Of a stretch of DNA of 64,000 bases, positions 1 through 8,371 are shown piece by piece (the first letter of the stretch is position 1; each line of letters opens with the position of its first letter). Both the position numbers and the translations under genes were made by a program. The DNA is from a virus (lineage: Duplodnaviria > Caudoviricetes): positions 14,455 through 78,454 of IMG/VR virus record IMGVR_UViG_3300020050_016871; one strand, written 5' to 3'. The notes under the pieces are model-generated. The model was not told the origin of the DNA. It worked only from the letters and a program-made list of their open reading frames with translations, and ran no database searches.

Positions 1-1374
1 ATCATAACTATCACAACCTGCAATATCAGGTTTATGATCCATATCATCATGATTTATTGGATCGGCTATTTTTTGAATAGTTCCATTTTCATCATCAACC
101 CAGCGCAGTTTTGATTTATTTTTTATTCTAATTTTAGTTTTTTCTTTGGTGTCTTTACATCTCCCCAAAGCTTTAATAGTACGTTCATCATCTATCCAGT
201 CCAAACGACCTTTGCGTACATCATAAGGACAAAGACCTTCATCAATAACCATCATTTGATTATTTAACTTAACGCGATCAAGTACACCTCCTTTTGTTTT
301 TATAAAAATTTCTGATTCTTTAATTGGATAAGATTGGATATGTTTGGTAATACCCTCTTTAGATTTAGAAGCAATTTTACGTTGTTCTAATATATGCTTA
401 AGTGCAGCATCCTGATTGGTACGTCCTGTTCTTAAGTCAAAAAATGATGGTCCTTTTATTCCTGTTTTTTCATCAATTTCTCCATCACCTGGATAATATT
501 CGTAAGCTGGAATAAATACTTTTTCAAGATTATAGGCTTTGTGATTTTCCCACATATCCATATATCCTTTTGAACCTTTTTCAATTTGACCTCCGGTACC
601 AAAAATGATAGGAGTACCAAACTGAATAGAACCTTCTTTAAAACAAGGTTCTGTTGATTTATAAGATTGAATTAGATTTTGAAACAAACCAGCTTCTTCA
701 AAAACTACAGCTGACATCGATGCTCCCTCAAATCCAGCACTATCAACAAACATGGTACGAATCAACATTTCAGATTCTAATCCACATTCAATTTGTTGTT
801 TGTTAACAATATCATGATAACCTAATTTCATAGATTTATCATTTTTCCAAAGTCTAGCCGAAGCGTATTCAGGTCTTACATTTTTAAATAAAGAAAGTAC
901 CTTGTCGTAAAAGCCATCGGCTTTGTCTTGTTTACCAGCACAAATACCAACACGGTTTTTAACGTGCATAGTCATTTCGTATTGTAACTGAATTGCTCCA
1001 AATTCGGATAATCCAACACGGCGGGGTTTACCGACAATAATACCATATCTATTTTTTTTGGCATCATAAACAATTTTAAAAAGTCTATTGTCTAATTCTC
1101 GATAATATGGAGAGTGCATTCTTTTTCTGCTTTCGCCCTGGACTAACATTTCAATTTGATTCATATTCAAATGAAAATAATGTTCTCCAGTAATATCATT
1201 CATTCCTTTTGGCTTAAATCCAAAAAGACATTTATCATCTTGATCATCCCAAAAATCATCATAAGCTAATGTTCCTGGACGTAATGTTTTAGAATATTTT
1301 ATAATTTTTTCATCATATACTAAAGGACTAAATCGTTTAGCATCATAAGTATGATCAAGAATAGTAACAGCCAT
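1..1374 (-). CDS. terL: Terminase large subunit, N-terminal ~458 aa (runs off the left edge; missed by the ORF track)
   Basis: Manual translation from ATG at 1374 (MAVTILDHTYDAKRF...) is open to base 1. Contains Walker-A-like GKPRRVGLS, Walker-B-like VVFEEAG, motif IIFGTGG and the nuclease start IAGCDSYD, as in crAss-like TerL. Confidence 0.92.
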   Translation of the reverse strand, partial: MAVTILDHTYDAKRFSPLVYDEKIIKYSKTLRPGTLAYDDFWDDQDDKCLFGFKPKGMNDITGEHYFHLNMNQIEMLVQGESRKRMHSPYYRELDNRLFKIVYDAKKNRYGIIVGKPRRVGLSEFGAIQLQYEMTMHVKNRVGICAGKQDKADGFYDKVLSLFKNVRPEYASARLWKNDKSMKLGYHDIVNKQQIECGLESEMLIRTMFVDSAGFEGASMSAVVFEEAGLFQNLIQSYKSTEPCFKEGSIQFGTPIIFGTGGQIEKGSKGYMDMWENHKAYNLEKVFIPAYEYYPGDGEIDEKTGIKGPSFFDLRTGRTNQDAALKHILEQRKIASKSKEGITKHIQSYPIKESEIFIKTKGGVLDRVKLNNQMMVIDEGLCPYDVRKGRLDWIDDERTIKALGRCKDTKEKTKIRIKNKSKLRWVDDENGTIQKIADPINHDDMDHKPDIAGCDSYD

Positions 1375-1396
1375 AGTATTGTTTTTTTAAATAGAA

Positions 1397-1425
1397 ACAG
1401 CTTTCACAAATAAATGGAAAGCTGT
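1397..1425 (-). terminator. Hairpin / possible intrinsic terminator upstream of terL
   Basis: ACAGCTTTC...GAAAGCTGT 9-bp inverted repeat in the intergenic gap; only a weak U-rich tail on the minus strand. Confidence 0.5.
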
Positions 1426-1455
1426 CTCAAGAAACAAATAAAAAAAAATTGCCAA

Positions 1456-2061
1456 TTAAAGTTCTGAAAGTGATGCAATCAATTTTTTTGATTCTTCAGT
1501 TTCCGGTAACGTACCGATATAAGCAAGTAAAGCAGTTGCCTGTTTTCTTAAGCTTGCAATTGATTTTTTATTTGATTGGATAATTAATTCATAATGTTTT
1601 CTCTCTACTGGATTTAATGGTTTTTTAAAAACCAATTCTTCAGTAGGCGCTTCTTCTGTAACTTGACTTTGATTATTTGCAGAATCATTAGAGAAAGCTT
1701 CTTCAGGAGATAAAGGTGTTTGTTTTGCTAAAAAATCATCTTCAATTACAGGAGCTGCTGGTAAATCATTTTTCAACAATTCTAGATCTTGTTCTGCTTC
1801 TGATTTTTCTTCAACAATAGGAGCTGCTAGAACAGGAGCATTTTCCTGAACAGGTTCTTCTGGTTTATTTTCTTCTACTACTGGAACATCAGGAATATTA
1901 TTTTTTTCCTTTTTTATTTCCGGTGGTGCCGGCGGCGCTTGGAGGTTTTGCGATTCCTGGAGGGGGTTGGATTCCTTTTGCTCTTGATTCGGCAAGGTCT
2001 CTTGTTCTTTGTTCTTCAAGCTCTCTTTCTTTGGCTTCGGTTTCTCTTCGTTTTCTTTCAT
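1456..2061 (-). CDS. Acidic Pro/Glu-rich hypothetical protein with C-terminal helix
   Basis: 201-aa ORF with typical TTATTATG start context; overlaps the upstream ORF by 164 nt. Confidence 0.65.
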   Translation of the reverse strand: MKENEEKPKPKKESLKNKEQETLPNQEQKESNPLQESQNLQAPPAPPEIKKEKNNIPDVPVVEENKPEEPVQENAPVLAAPIVEEKSEAEQDLELLKNDLPAAPVIEDDFLAKQTPLSPEEAFSNDSANNQSQVTEEAPTEELVFKKPLNPVERKHYELIIQSNKKSIASLRKQATALLAYIGTLPETEESKKLIASLSEL

Positions 2062-2602
2062 AATAAAATGATTTTGGATCTAAAATTTTAATTTCTAATC
2101 GTAATAATTTGTAACCATTTCTAACAGGACTTTCTGCAAATGTATCTTTATCTCCATTTTTTTTATCAAAAGAATCATTCAGATCATTAATATTTGCAAG
2201 TTCTTTTAAAAGAGTTGTTTTTTGATAAGTCGTTTCAGCGTTCTTAATTTCTTCAAGTTTAGTGATACGTAATTCATTCAACAACATTTTTTCTTCTAGA
2301 ACTGGATTAGGCTGTAATTGTTTATAATTAATACAAGCAAGTTGTATTTCATCACAATTCCAATTTAATGCCTTCCTATTGTTAAAAACAATTTCCATTG
2401 CTTTTAAAGGTCGTTCTTTCTCACTATAACTTTTTATAATAGAACCATAGTCCATCACTAAAGCTACACAAGTCAAAGCCCGTAAACCATACCCTTCTTT
2501 ATTTACAAGAATCCTGAAAGACTCGATAGCTAAATACCCATCTAGTTCCGCATCTTCTTTTATTAATCCCGTAAAAGAATTCAATTCTAATAGATACATC
2601 AA
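1898..2602 (-). CDS. Hypothetical helical protein, possible terminase small subunit
   Basis: 234-aa ORF with coiled-coil middle and basic tail, located near terL; TerS call is positional only. Confidence 0.4.
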   Translation of the reverse strand: MMYLLELNSFTGLIKEDAELDGYLAIESFRILVNKEGYGLRALTCVALVMDYGSIIKSYSEKERPLKAMEIVFNNRKALNWNCDEIQLACINYKQLQPNPVLEEKMLLNELRITKLEEIKNAETTYQKTTLLKELANINDLNDSFDKKNGDKDTFAESPVRNGYKLLRLEIKILDPKSFYYERKRRETEAKERELEEQRTRDLAESRAKGIQPPPGIAKPPSAAGTTGNKKGKK

Positions 2603-2610
2603 AAGTATGT

Positions 2611-2928
2611 TTAATTTTTAATAAATACAGAATATTTTTTTAAAGCATAATCATGAATTAAATTAGCATACTGTCTTTTCTCTACAAAAATATCAAATCT
2701 TTCAGTAACAGCTTTGTAAATATTTTTTTTTAATTCATCCGGAAATGCTAAAGTAAATAATTCATTTAGATAACCAGCTTTGTATTCTGACTTTTCTCTA
2801 TTTAATATAATATGCTTTGGAATGTAAATTTTAGGGTAAGAGGTAAACAAAAGCCCTCTCAACTGAGCCTTTTCAGGCTCGGTTAAAAGGGAAGGATCTT
2901 TTATTTTATTATTATTGAGTAATATCAT
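2611..2928 (-). CDS. Hypothetical protein
   Basis: 105-aa ORF in a tightly packed operon. Confidence 0.7.
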   Translation of the reverse strand: MILLNNNKIKDPSLLTEPEKAQLRGLLFTSYPKIYIPKHIILNREKSEYKAGYLNELFTLAFPDELKKNIYKAVTERFDIFVEKRQYANLIHDYALKKYSVFIKN

Positions 2929-3319
2929 CTTTAGCGATTGACATAGTAGGATTTTCTTCTTTAGATTTATTTTCAGTTAAAGTTTTTTGAATTAAATCTA
3001 ATCGTTCTTTGTTTTTATTAGCAACAAAAACATCAAATTCTTTGATAAGGCTTTGACTTCGGCGAATACCAAATTTCATTCCCAAATCTTTTTTCATCCT
3101 TAAATCTAATTCTTTTTGAATTTCAACGTATTTTTCATCGGATTCGGCAAGAGCAGCTTGAGATTTATTATAAATTGTTTGAATTTCTTCTTGAGTACAA
3201 TTACCATCAGTTATTGCTTGAGAAATTTCCGTTTGTATCGCAAGATTTGATTGAATAATATTTTCAAGAATTGTAGAATAACTTAGTAAAACTGCAGTAT
3301 GGGTATTTGATAAATCCAT
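2912..3319 (-). CDS. Hypothetical coiled-coil protein
   Basis: 135-aa ORF coupled to neighbours. Confidence 0.7.
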   Translation of the reverse strand: MDLSNTHTAVLLSYSTILENIIQSNLAIQTEISQAITDGNCTQEEIQTIYNKSQAALAESDEKYVEIQKELDLRMKKDLGMKFGIRRSQSLIKEFDVFVANKNKERLDLIQKTLTENKSKEENPTMSIAKDDITQ

Positions 3320-3323
3320 TTTT

Positions 3324-4865
3324 TTAATTGTTGTGTGTTTCCACGATTAAACATTCAGTCGAAAGAACAGTAAGAGCAATACTAACAGCATTTCTTAAAT
3401 AATTTTTGATTCCATCTACTGGATCAATAATTCCAGTTTCATATAGATTTTCAAACTGTCTGGTTTTAGCATTATAACCTTGTTCGAAAGAAATCTTTTC
3501 TCTGATTTCATCTATGTTATCATGAAAAGAATTTTGTAATATTTCTTTAAAAGGCTTTCGAAGCATTCTATGAAAAGCTAATTCATATTCATTACAATCG
3601 TTAAAATCTTTTGATAAAAGAACTAAACTTTGTCCACCTCCTATAATCACTTTTCCATTAAGAGCAGCTTTACAAGCGCGATAAGCATCTTGTACTCGAT
3701 GTAATTTTTCTTTGATTTCAATTTCAGAATCACCTCCGACATAGAAAGTAGTAATTCCGTTTTTCATTTTATCAACACGTCTTAACATTTGCAAAGAATA
3801 TGATACTTGTTTTTCTTCTTTGGCGGCTAATTCAATCAAATGAATATAATCATCTAGAATTTCTTTTTGTGTTCCTTCAGGCTCTCCAAAAATAGTATAT
3901 CCTTGCTTTACAATAACATTGAAAGCTTCTCCAAATTGTGTATCAAATTCATCAAAATATTTTATTGGTTCTGCTCCTGTGTAATTATGAATATCATTAA
4001 TTAGATTATCATATTCTTCATTTCTTAATTGATTTTTAATTAAACAAATTTTATTTTCTCCATTATTAAAATCAACAACATTAAGAACATCTTTTGAAAA
4101 ATCTTTGGCAAAAATAATTGTCGGCAACAATGTTCCGTTTTTAGGAAAACGTTCAATCATTTTAATCATTTCTTTTCTGTCTGTAAATTCATTATCATAA
4201 AGAACTACACGACATTTTTTTGCTTCAAAAAAACCACTTATTGGATTATTAGCAAATTTTCTATCCATATACCCCAGGTCCAAAACATAACCTTTGATTA
4301 TATCAACATAACTTTTTCCGTCAACACTTTCAACAATATTAATATAACCATCTTTTCCTGTATTGTCAAAAGCTTTTTGAAATAAATCAGCAATTTCATG
4401 ATCATTGTTTGACGAAGTAAAAGCTACTTTTTTAATTTCAGATAATGGAAGAACAATACTTTTTTCATCTAATAATTCAAAAATATTTTCTAATTCTCTT
4501 TTTACATTTTGTCTAAAAATATGTTCTGAAAAACTTTTCATAGAAGTTTTTAATTCCATTCCTAAAACAATTAATTCTCTACAGAGAACTGAAGCAGTTG
4601 TGGTACCATCACCATTATCAAAATCTGTTTTGGTAGTTACTTTTTTGATTAATTGAATTCCCGTGTTAACAACTGGATCACTATGATCAATACTACTTCC
4701 AACAGTAGCTCCATCTTTTGTAGCAAAAGGATCTGAACCATCAGCGTTATTTATAATAACAAATTTTCCACTTGGTCCCAATGTACTTTTTACAGCATCA
4801 GTGTAAAGATCAATTCCTTCAACTAATTTCTCTTTACTGTTCTTTAAGTAAATTTGTTTTGACAT
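3324..4865 (-). CDS. groEL: Phage chaperonin GroEL (Cpn60)
   Basis: VKSTLGPSGK, TKDGATV, GDGTTTASV, VGGDSEIEIKEKLHRVQDA and GIIDP motifs; lacks the GGM tail. Confidence 0.96.
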   Translation of the reverse strand: MSKQIYLKNSKEKLVEGIDLYTDAVKSTLGPSGKFVIINNADGSDPFATKDGATVGSSIDHSDPVVNTGIQLIKKVTTKTDFDNGDGTTTASVLCRELIVLGMELKTSMKSFSEHIFRQNVKRELENIFELLDEKSIVLPLSEIKKVAFTSSNNDHEIADLFQKAFDNTGKDGYINIVESVDGKSYVDIIKGYVLDLGYMDRKFANNPISGFFEAKKCRVVLYDNEFTDRKEMIKMIERFPKNGTLLPTIIFAKDFSKDVLNVVDFNNGENKICLIKNQLRNEEYDNLINDIHNYTGAEPIKYFDEFDTQFGEAFNVIVKQGYTIFGEPEGTQKEILDDYIHLIELAAKEEKQVSYSLQMLRRVDKMKNGITTFYVGGDSEIEIKEKLHRVQDAYRACKAALNGKVIIGGGQSLVLLSKDFNDCNEYELAFHRMLRKPFKEILQNSFHDNIDEIREKISFEQGYNAKTRQFENLYETGIIDPVDGIKNYLRNAVSIALTVLSTECLIVETHNN

Positions 4866-5271
4866 GTTCTGATTTTAAATGATACTGAATTTGACTAGCA
4901 TCGATTATACAATACGTTATTCCTTCTATTTGAGTTTCCTGAATGAAACGATGATTAAATTTTACCAAATCACCTTTGGCTAAATTATCATTTCCATTTA
5001 TTACTTCAAAAAAAACATCTGAAGTATCTTCTGGATCAATTTTTTTAGTAGTAGCATATTTGACTTTTTTGGTCAAAATATTACCATTATCCATTATTAC
5101 TAATTCTGCTAACATTTTATTTTTGTTTTTATATTTTTCTTTTTTTTCTACCATTAAACAAACTATAATTAGTGATAAGAGAATGGCAAATCCTATACTA
5201 AATTTTAATCCCGGAGCACGCTTTTTAGGATGCTCTAGGATTGTAGTATTTGTGTCAAAAAGCTTAGCCAT
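4834..5271 (-). CDS. groES: GroES-like co-chaperonin (second likely start at 5115; in-frame N-terminal hydrophobic extension)
   Basis: C-terminal GDLVKFNHRFIQETQIEGITYCIIDASQI resembles GroES and it abuts groEL. Confidence 0.7.
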   Translation of the reverse strand: MAKLFDTNTTILEHPKKRAPGLKFSIGFAILLSLIIVCLMVEKKEKYKNKNKMLAELVIMDNGNILTKKVKYATTKKIDPEDTSDVFFEVINGNDNLAKGDLVKFNHRFIQETQIEGITYCIIDASQIQYHLKSEHVKTNLLKEQ

Positions 5272-5510
5272 TATTCCACTTTTTTAAAATTTTTACCTGT
5301 TTTAAAAATGTTAAACCAAGCGCTAATGTTTTTAGTTCTTGTAGCTTCAGTAAATTCCAATTCTTTTACTGGCCAATAATTATATTTAGCACCACGATGG
5401 AATTCAATAACAATCATATCAACAGAATCTTTTATTTCAGGATCTTTAGGAACCCAACCAATAGCTTTTAAATTACTACTTTCAACGGGAACCATTTTTA
5501 CTTTTTCCAT
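5271..5510 (-). CDS. KTSC domain protein
   Basis: MVPVESSNLKAIGW...IEFHRGAKYNY.PV pattern typical of KTSC. Confidence 0.85.
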   Translation of the reverse strand: MEKVKMVPVESSNLKAIGWVPKDPEIKDSVDMIVIEFHRGAKYNYWPVKELEFTEATRTKNISAWFNIFKTGKNFKKVE

Positions 5511-5516
5511 AATGAA

Positions 5517-6230
5517 TTATTTAAAGTTAGCTTTTACAGCATGCATAGCAGCTTCTTCATAAGCTGTTTGAGCAAGTGCAATTGATCTATGTTTTTCTCC
5601 AGAGCAATTTTCATCTAATCGCATTGATTCACATAAATCAATTAATGCTGCAGAAGATTTTTTAATTTCATCTACACGAGGATTGTTAGATGGATTAAAA
5701 GAAGCTTGAACTCTATTCATTCCAAGAGTAAGTTCTAATGGAGTAGCTTCTTGCTCTGATTTCTTTTTAAAATAATCAGCAATAATATTTTCTTGGTCAA
5801 CAGTAGGTTCAACTACAAACCATTCTTCTTGATTTTTAAATTTTTCGTAAGGTGTATCTAAAACTTCTTGTGTTTTAGCAAATACCAAAGTCTCTAACGA
5901 TTTCATATCCTTAAACCAGAATCCAAACCAGCCAGGAAGAGCAATACATTTGCCATCATTCAAAAACTTTTCAGCTTCTTCATAAGTCATTTTTTCTGTT
6001 TTAGGTAATTCATTTTCTAAATTAATACCATCAATGTAATCAGATAAAGAGTCTTTTGCAACAAGAAGTTTTGCAATAACAACAGTTAATTGCGGATGCG
6101 CACCTAGTAATTCAATTTTATTAATAGCTTCTTGAATTGAAATTTCTTCAGGTGACAATAAATCCAATCGGTTCCGTCTTGGAATTTTATTTTGATCATT
6201 CATAATTATTTCAGCACTTAACCTTGCCAT
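5517..6230 (-). CDS. Three-domain protein: helical hairpin + DUF2829/Tad2-like + Acb2/Tad1-like domain (putative anti-defence)
   Basis: Middle MTYEEAEKFLNDGKCIALPGW...EEWFVV resembles DUF2829; C-terminal SFNPS...IALAQTAYEEAAMHAVKA resembles the Acb2/Tad1 hairpin family. Confidence 0.55.
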   Translation of the reverse strand: MARLSAEIIMNDQNKIPRRNRLDLLSPEEISIQEAINKIELLGAHPQLTVVIAKLLVAKDSLSDYIDGINLENELPKTEKMTYEEAEKFLNDGKCIALPGWFGFWFKDMKSLETLVFAKTQEVLDTPYEKFKNQEEWFVVEPTVDQENIIADYFKKKSEQEATPLELTLGMNRVQASFNPSNNPRVDEIKKSSAALIDLCESMRLDENCSGEKHRSIALAQTAYEEAAMHAVKANFK

Positions 6231-6235
6231 CGGGT

Positions 6236-7015
6236 TTATAGTTTGTTTAAAAAATTATATAAATCTCTGTCATAACGTGCATCCTCTAGGGCATGATGCT
6301 TTTTAGAAGCTTCTTGCTTTGGATAATCAGGATGTTTTTTTAATTTATCTAAAGAAATTCCTTCATGCCCCCAAGTACTTAATTCAACATCTTTCCATGT
6401 TTTTGAAATATAAGTATTCACTATTTGCTGAATATCATTACAATACATCGGAAAACCTTTTGGTAAATCAATCATTTTTCCAAATAACCAACAAAATACT
6501 ACCCAGTCGTAAGAACAATAATCAGCGTAGAATTCAACAGGAAATAAATGTTTTACCTGATCCCAATTAGCAATAGTATCCGGATTATTTATTTGGCTGG
6601 TTTTATAAACAAATGATTTTATTTCTTCAGCAATTTCTTTATTGGTTTTTCCATAACGACAAAGCAATCTTTCAAGATTATCAAAAGTAAATGACGTATT
6701 CAAATCATGAAAAGCAATATCTTTTCCAGATAATTCATAAAATATTGGTTTCAACACATTCTCACGTATCCAGTACACTTTTCTTCCTGAAAATTGATGA
6801 TATTTTTCAAATGATGTTTGTTCTGCAATATCAAATCTATACCAAGCTTCTTTCAAATTAAAGTCTTTTGAAATAGCATAATACCCCCGTCCATCCTCAG
6901 CCACAATACCAATCGATATTAAATCAATCGTTGGCTTTGTATATCCAACATTAAAACCTAGAAATCTTTTCTTCTGAGGCCCTTCAATGAATTCTGTGTC
7001 TAAAAAATATTTCAT
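6236..7015 (-). CDS. DEDDh 3'-5' exo(ribo)nuclease (Rv2179c/DUF5051-like)
   Basis: YFLDTEF, LISIGIV, YDWVVFCWLFG and HHALEDAR motifs. Confidence 0.88.
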   Translation of the reverse strand: MKYFLDTEFIEGPQKKRFLGFNVGYTKPTIDLISIGIVAEDGRGYYAISKDFNLKEAWYRFDIAEQTSFEKYHQFSGRKVYWIRENVLKPIFYELSGKDIAFHDLNTSFTFDNLERLLCRYGKTNKEIAEEIKSFVYKTSQINNPDTIANWDQVKHLFPVEFYADYCSYDWVVFCWLFGKMIDLPKGFPMYCNDIQQIVNTYISKTWKDVELSTWGHEGISLDKLKKHPDYPKQEASKKHHALEDARYDRDLYNFLNKL

Positions 7016-7024
7016 AATTATAAT

Positions 7025-7603
7025 TTACTTGTTTCTATCATATCGCTCCCATGCAAAAAAATCATCCTCGTCCCAGTCATTATGAAAATCAACCGCCGAA
7101 GAATAAGGAAGAATAACATGCTCCAAATCTTTTCCTCTCATATCATCAGAATGAGAAAAATCACCCATAAATTGCTTTTTATAATATTCTTGATCTTCAA
7201 TCATTCTTTGAATATACGGTTTCATTGAAAGATCAAGAACATTAATATCAGACTCTTCATCAATAGAATCTGAAGAAGCAACAATATTAAACTTTTCATT
7301 TTTTTGCCACATATCATAAAAATGACTTCCAATAGTATCATGACCACCCGTGCCAATAATCATTACCTTACCAAAATTCTTATTGTGATTTAATCTTGGC
7401 ATAGCAGCTTCCCATAGTTTTTTATCATAGCCATTCAACATTGCCGTATCAGGATCTCCATAACCAAATAATCTTCTGTTCAATTCAGCAATATCATAAG
7501 GCATTTTCCCTAAAACCCCAGTAACAGATTGTTCTGAGGTTGGTTTTAACTTCTTTTTTTTAGGAATATATCCTAATGACTTTCTTTTATCACGCTTAGA
7601 CAT
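7025..7603 (-). CDS. Hypothetical protein containing a terminase-ATPase-like fragment
   Basis: FGKVMIIGTGG...GSHFYDMWQKNEKFN aligns with TerL FGTPIIFGTGG...GSKGYMDMWENHKAYN in this window. Confidence 0.65.
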   Translation of the reverse strand: MSKRDKRKSLGYIPKKKKLKPTSEQSVTGVLGKMPYDIAELNRRLFGYGDPDTAMLNGYDKKLWEAAMPRLNHNKNFGKVMIIGTGGHDTIGSHFYDMWQKNEKFNIVASSDSIDEESDINVLDLSMKPYIQRMIEDQEYYKKQFMGDFSHSDDMRGKDLEHVILPYSSAVDFHNDWDEDDFFAWERYDRNK

Positions 7604-7628
7604 AATAACTATTTATTATAATTTGTAA

Positions 7629-7729
7629 AATTAATTTGCGCCCGAGGATTACCTACCGCATTTCAATCCAATTCCCTATTAGTTATCCTAGGTTCTAATA
7701 AAGCGCAGCATTTCGGGCGCAAATTAATT
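7629..7729 (-). ncRNA. Putative structured RNA (17-bp closing stem, two internal hairpins, possible pseudoknot)
   Basis: Perfect IR 7629-7645/7713-7729; internal CTTTATTAG/CTAATAGGG and GGATTG/TAATCC stems that use G.U pairs on the minus strand. Confidence 0.6.
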
Positions 7730-7737
7730 CTTTATTG

Positions 7738-7845
7738 TGGAGAGTGAAGGACTCGAACCTCCGACCTTACTTCGGCGACTCGCTTTGAAGTTTCCCCCGC
7801 ACGACACAATCCGAAATACACTCTAGCCAACTGAGCTAACTCCCC
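7738..7845 (-). tRNA. Atypical 108-nt tRNA-like RNA (Ala identity G3.U70, A73) with greatly extended anticodon arm
   Basis: Acceptor GGGGAGT/ACTCTCC, D arm GCTC-AGTTGGCTA-GAGT, variable loop AGGTC, T arm GGAGG-TTCGAGT-CCTTC; ~51-nt arm closed by TATTTCGG/CCGAAGTA in place of the 17-nt anticodon arm; no encoded CCA. Confidence 0.8.
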
Positions 7846-7870
7846 CTGGGTGGCATCCCAAAACTCATTG

Positions 7871-8101
7871 CTAAGAAAACTGGCCATGTAGCTTTTTTTG
7901 ATAACCTGTAAAATCAATCTCTATATGTGCCTGAGCCAACCTTTCCTCATACAACTTTCTTTCATAACTACTCCTAGAATGAATCTGAGGAATATAACTA
8001 AAAAGCAACCATATTGTATCAAGATAAAAATGAATAGCAGAAGAATCAAATCCCTTACACTCCATATTCCATATCAAATCAGGTAAACTTTCTCTAGACA
8101 T
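7871..8101 (-). CDS. Hypothetical protein
   Basis: 76-aa ORF in strand context. Confidence 0.55.
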   Translation of the reverse strand: MSRESLPDLIWNMECKGFDSSAIHFYLDTIWLLFSYIPQIHSRSSYERKLYEERLAQAHIEIDFTGYQKKLHGQFS

Positions 8102-8112
8102 ATCAACTATTA

Positions 8113-8346
8113 TTATTTAGTATAGATTTTTTTAAATATTGGATTCATATTTAAATCATCAATTATCATTGACTTTTCTTTTAAATATTTTTCTAAGTTT
8201 TGAAACCATTCTTCTTTTGGTTTGTCTAAAAAAACATAATCAGATTCAAACAATAGATCTTTTATTTCACTAATCTTAAAACCTTCCGAATGAACTGTTT
8301 CAAAAATTAAATCATAAATATTTAAATAATCCGTTTCTCCTAACAT
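8113..8346 (-). CDS. Hypothetical protein (first gene of the leftward unit)
   Basis: 77-aa ORF directly downstream of the promoter at 8372-8401. Confidence 0.65.
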   Translation of the reverse strand: MLGETDYLNIYDLIFETVHSEGFKISEIKDLLFESDYVFLDKPKEEWFQNLEKYLKEKSMIIDDLNMNPIFKKIYTK

Positions 8347-8371
8347 AACTTATAAATTATTATTAACTTCA

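Noticed and set aside
2863-2882. GAGCCT-GAAA-AGGCTC hairpin resembling the GTCCT/AGGC motif
   Set aside because: It lies inside a coding sequence on the opposite strand and lacks the bulged T; insufficient support to count it as a copy.
7738-7845. tmRNA or ordinary tRNA-Ala call
   Set aside because: Too short and has no tag ORF for tmRNA. It has a full D stem, and no simple excision restores a U33-TGC anticodon loop.
7732-7917. 61-aa ORF on the minus strand
   Set aside because: It runs straight through the tRNA-like gene; the RNA structure explains the sequence far better.
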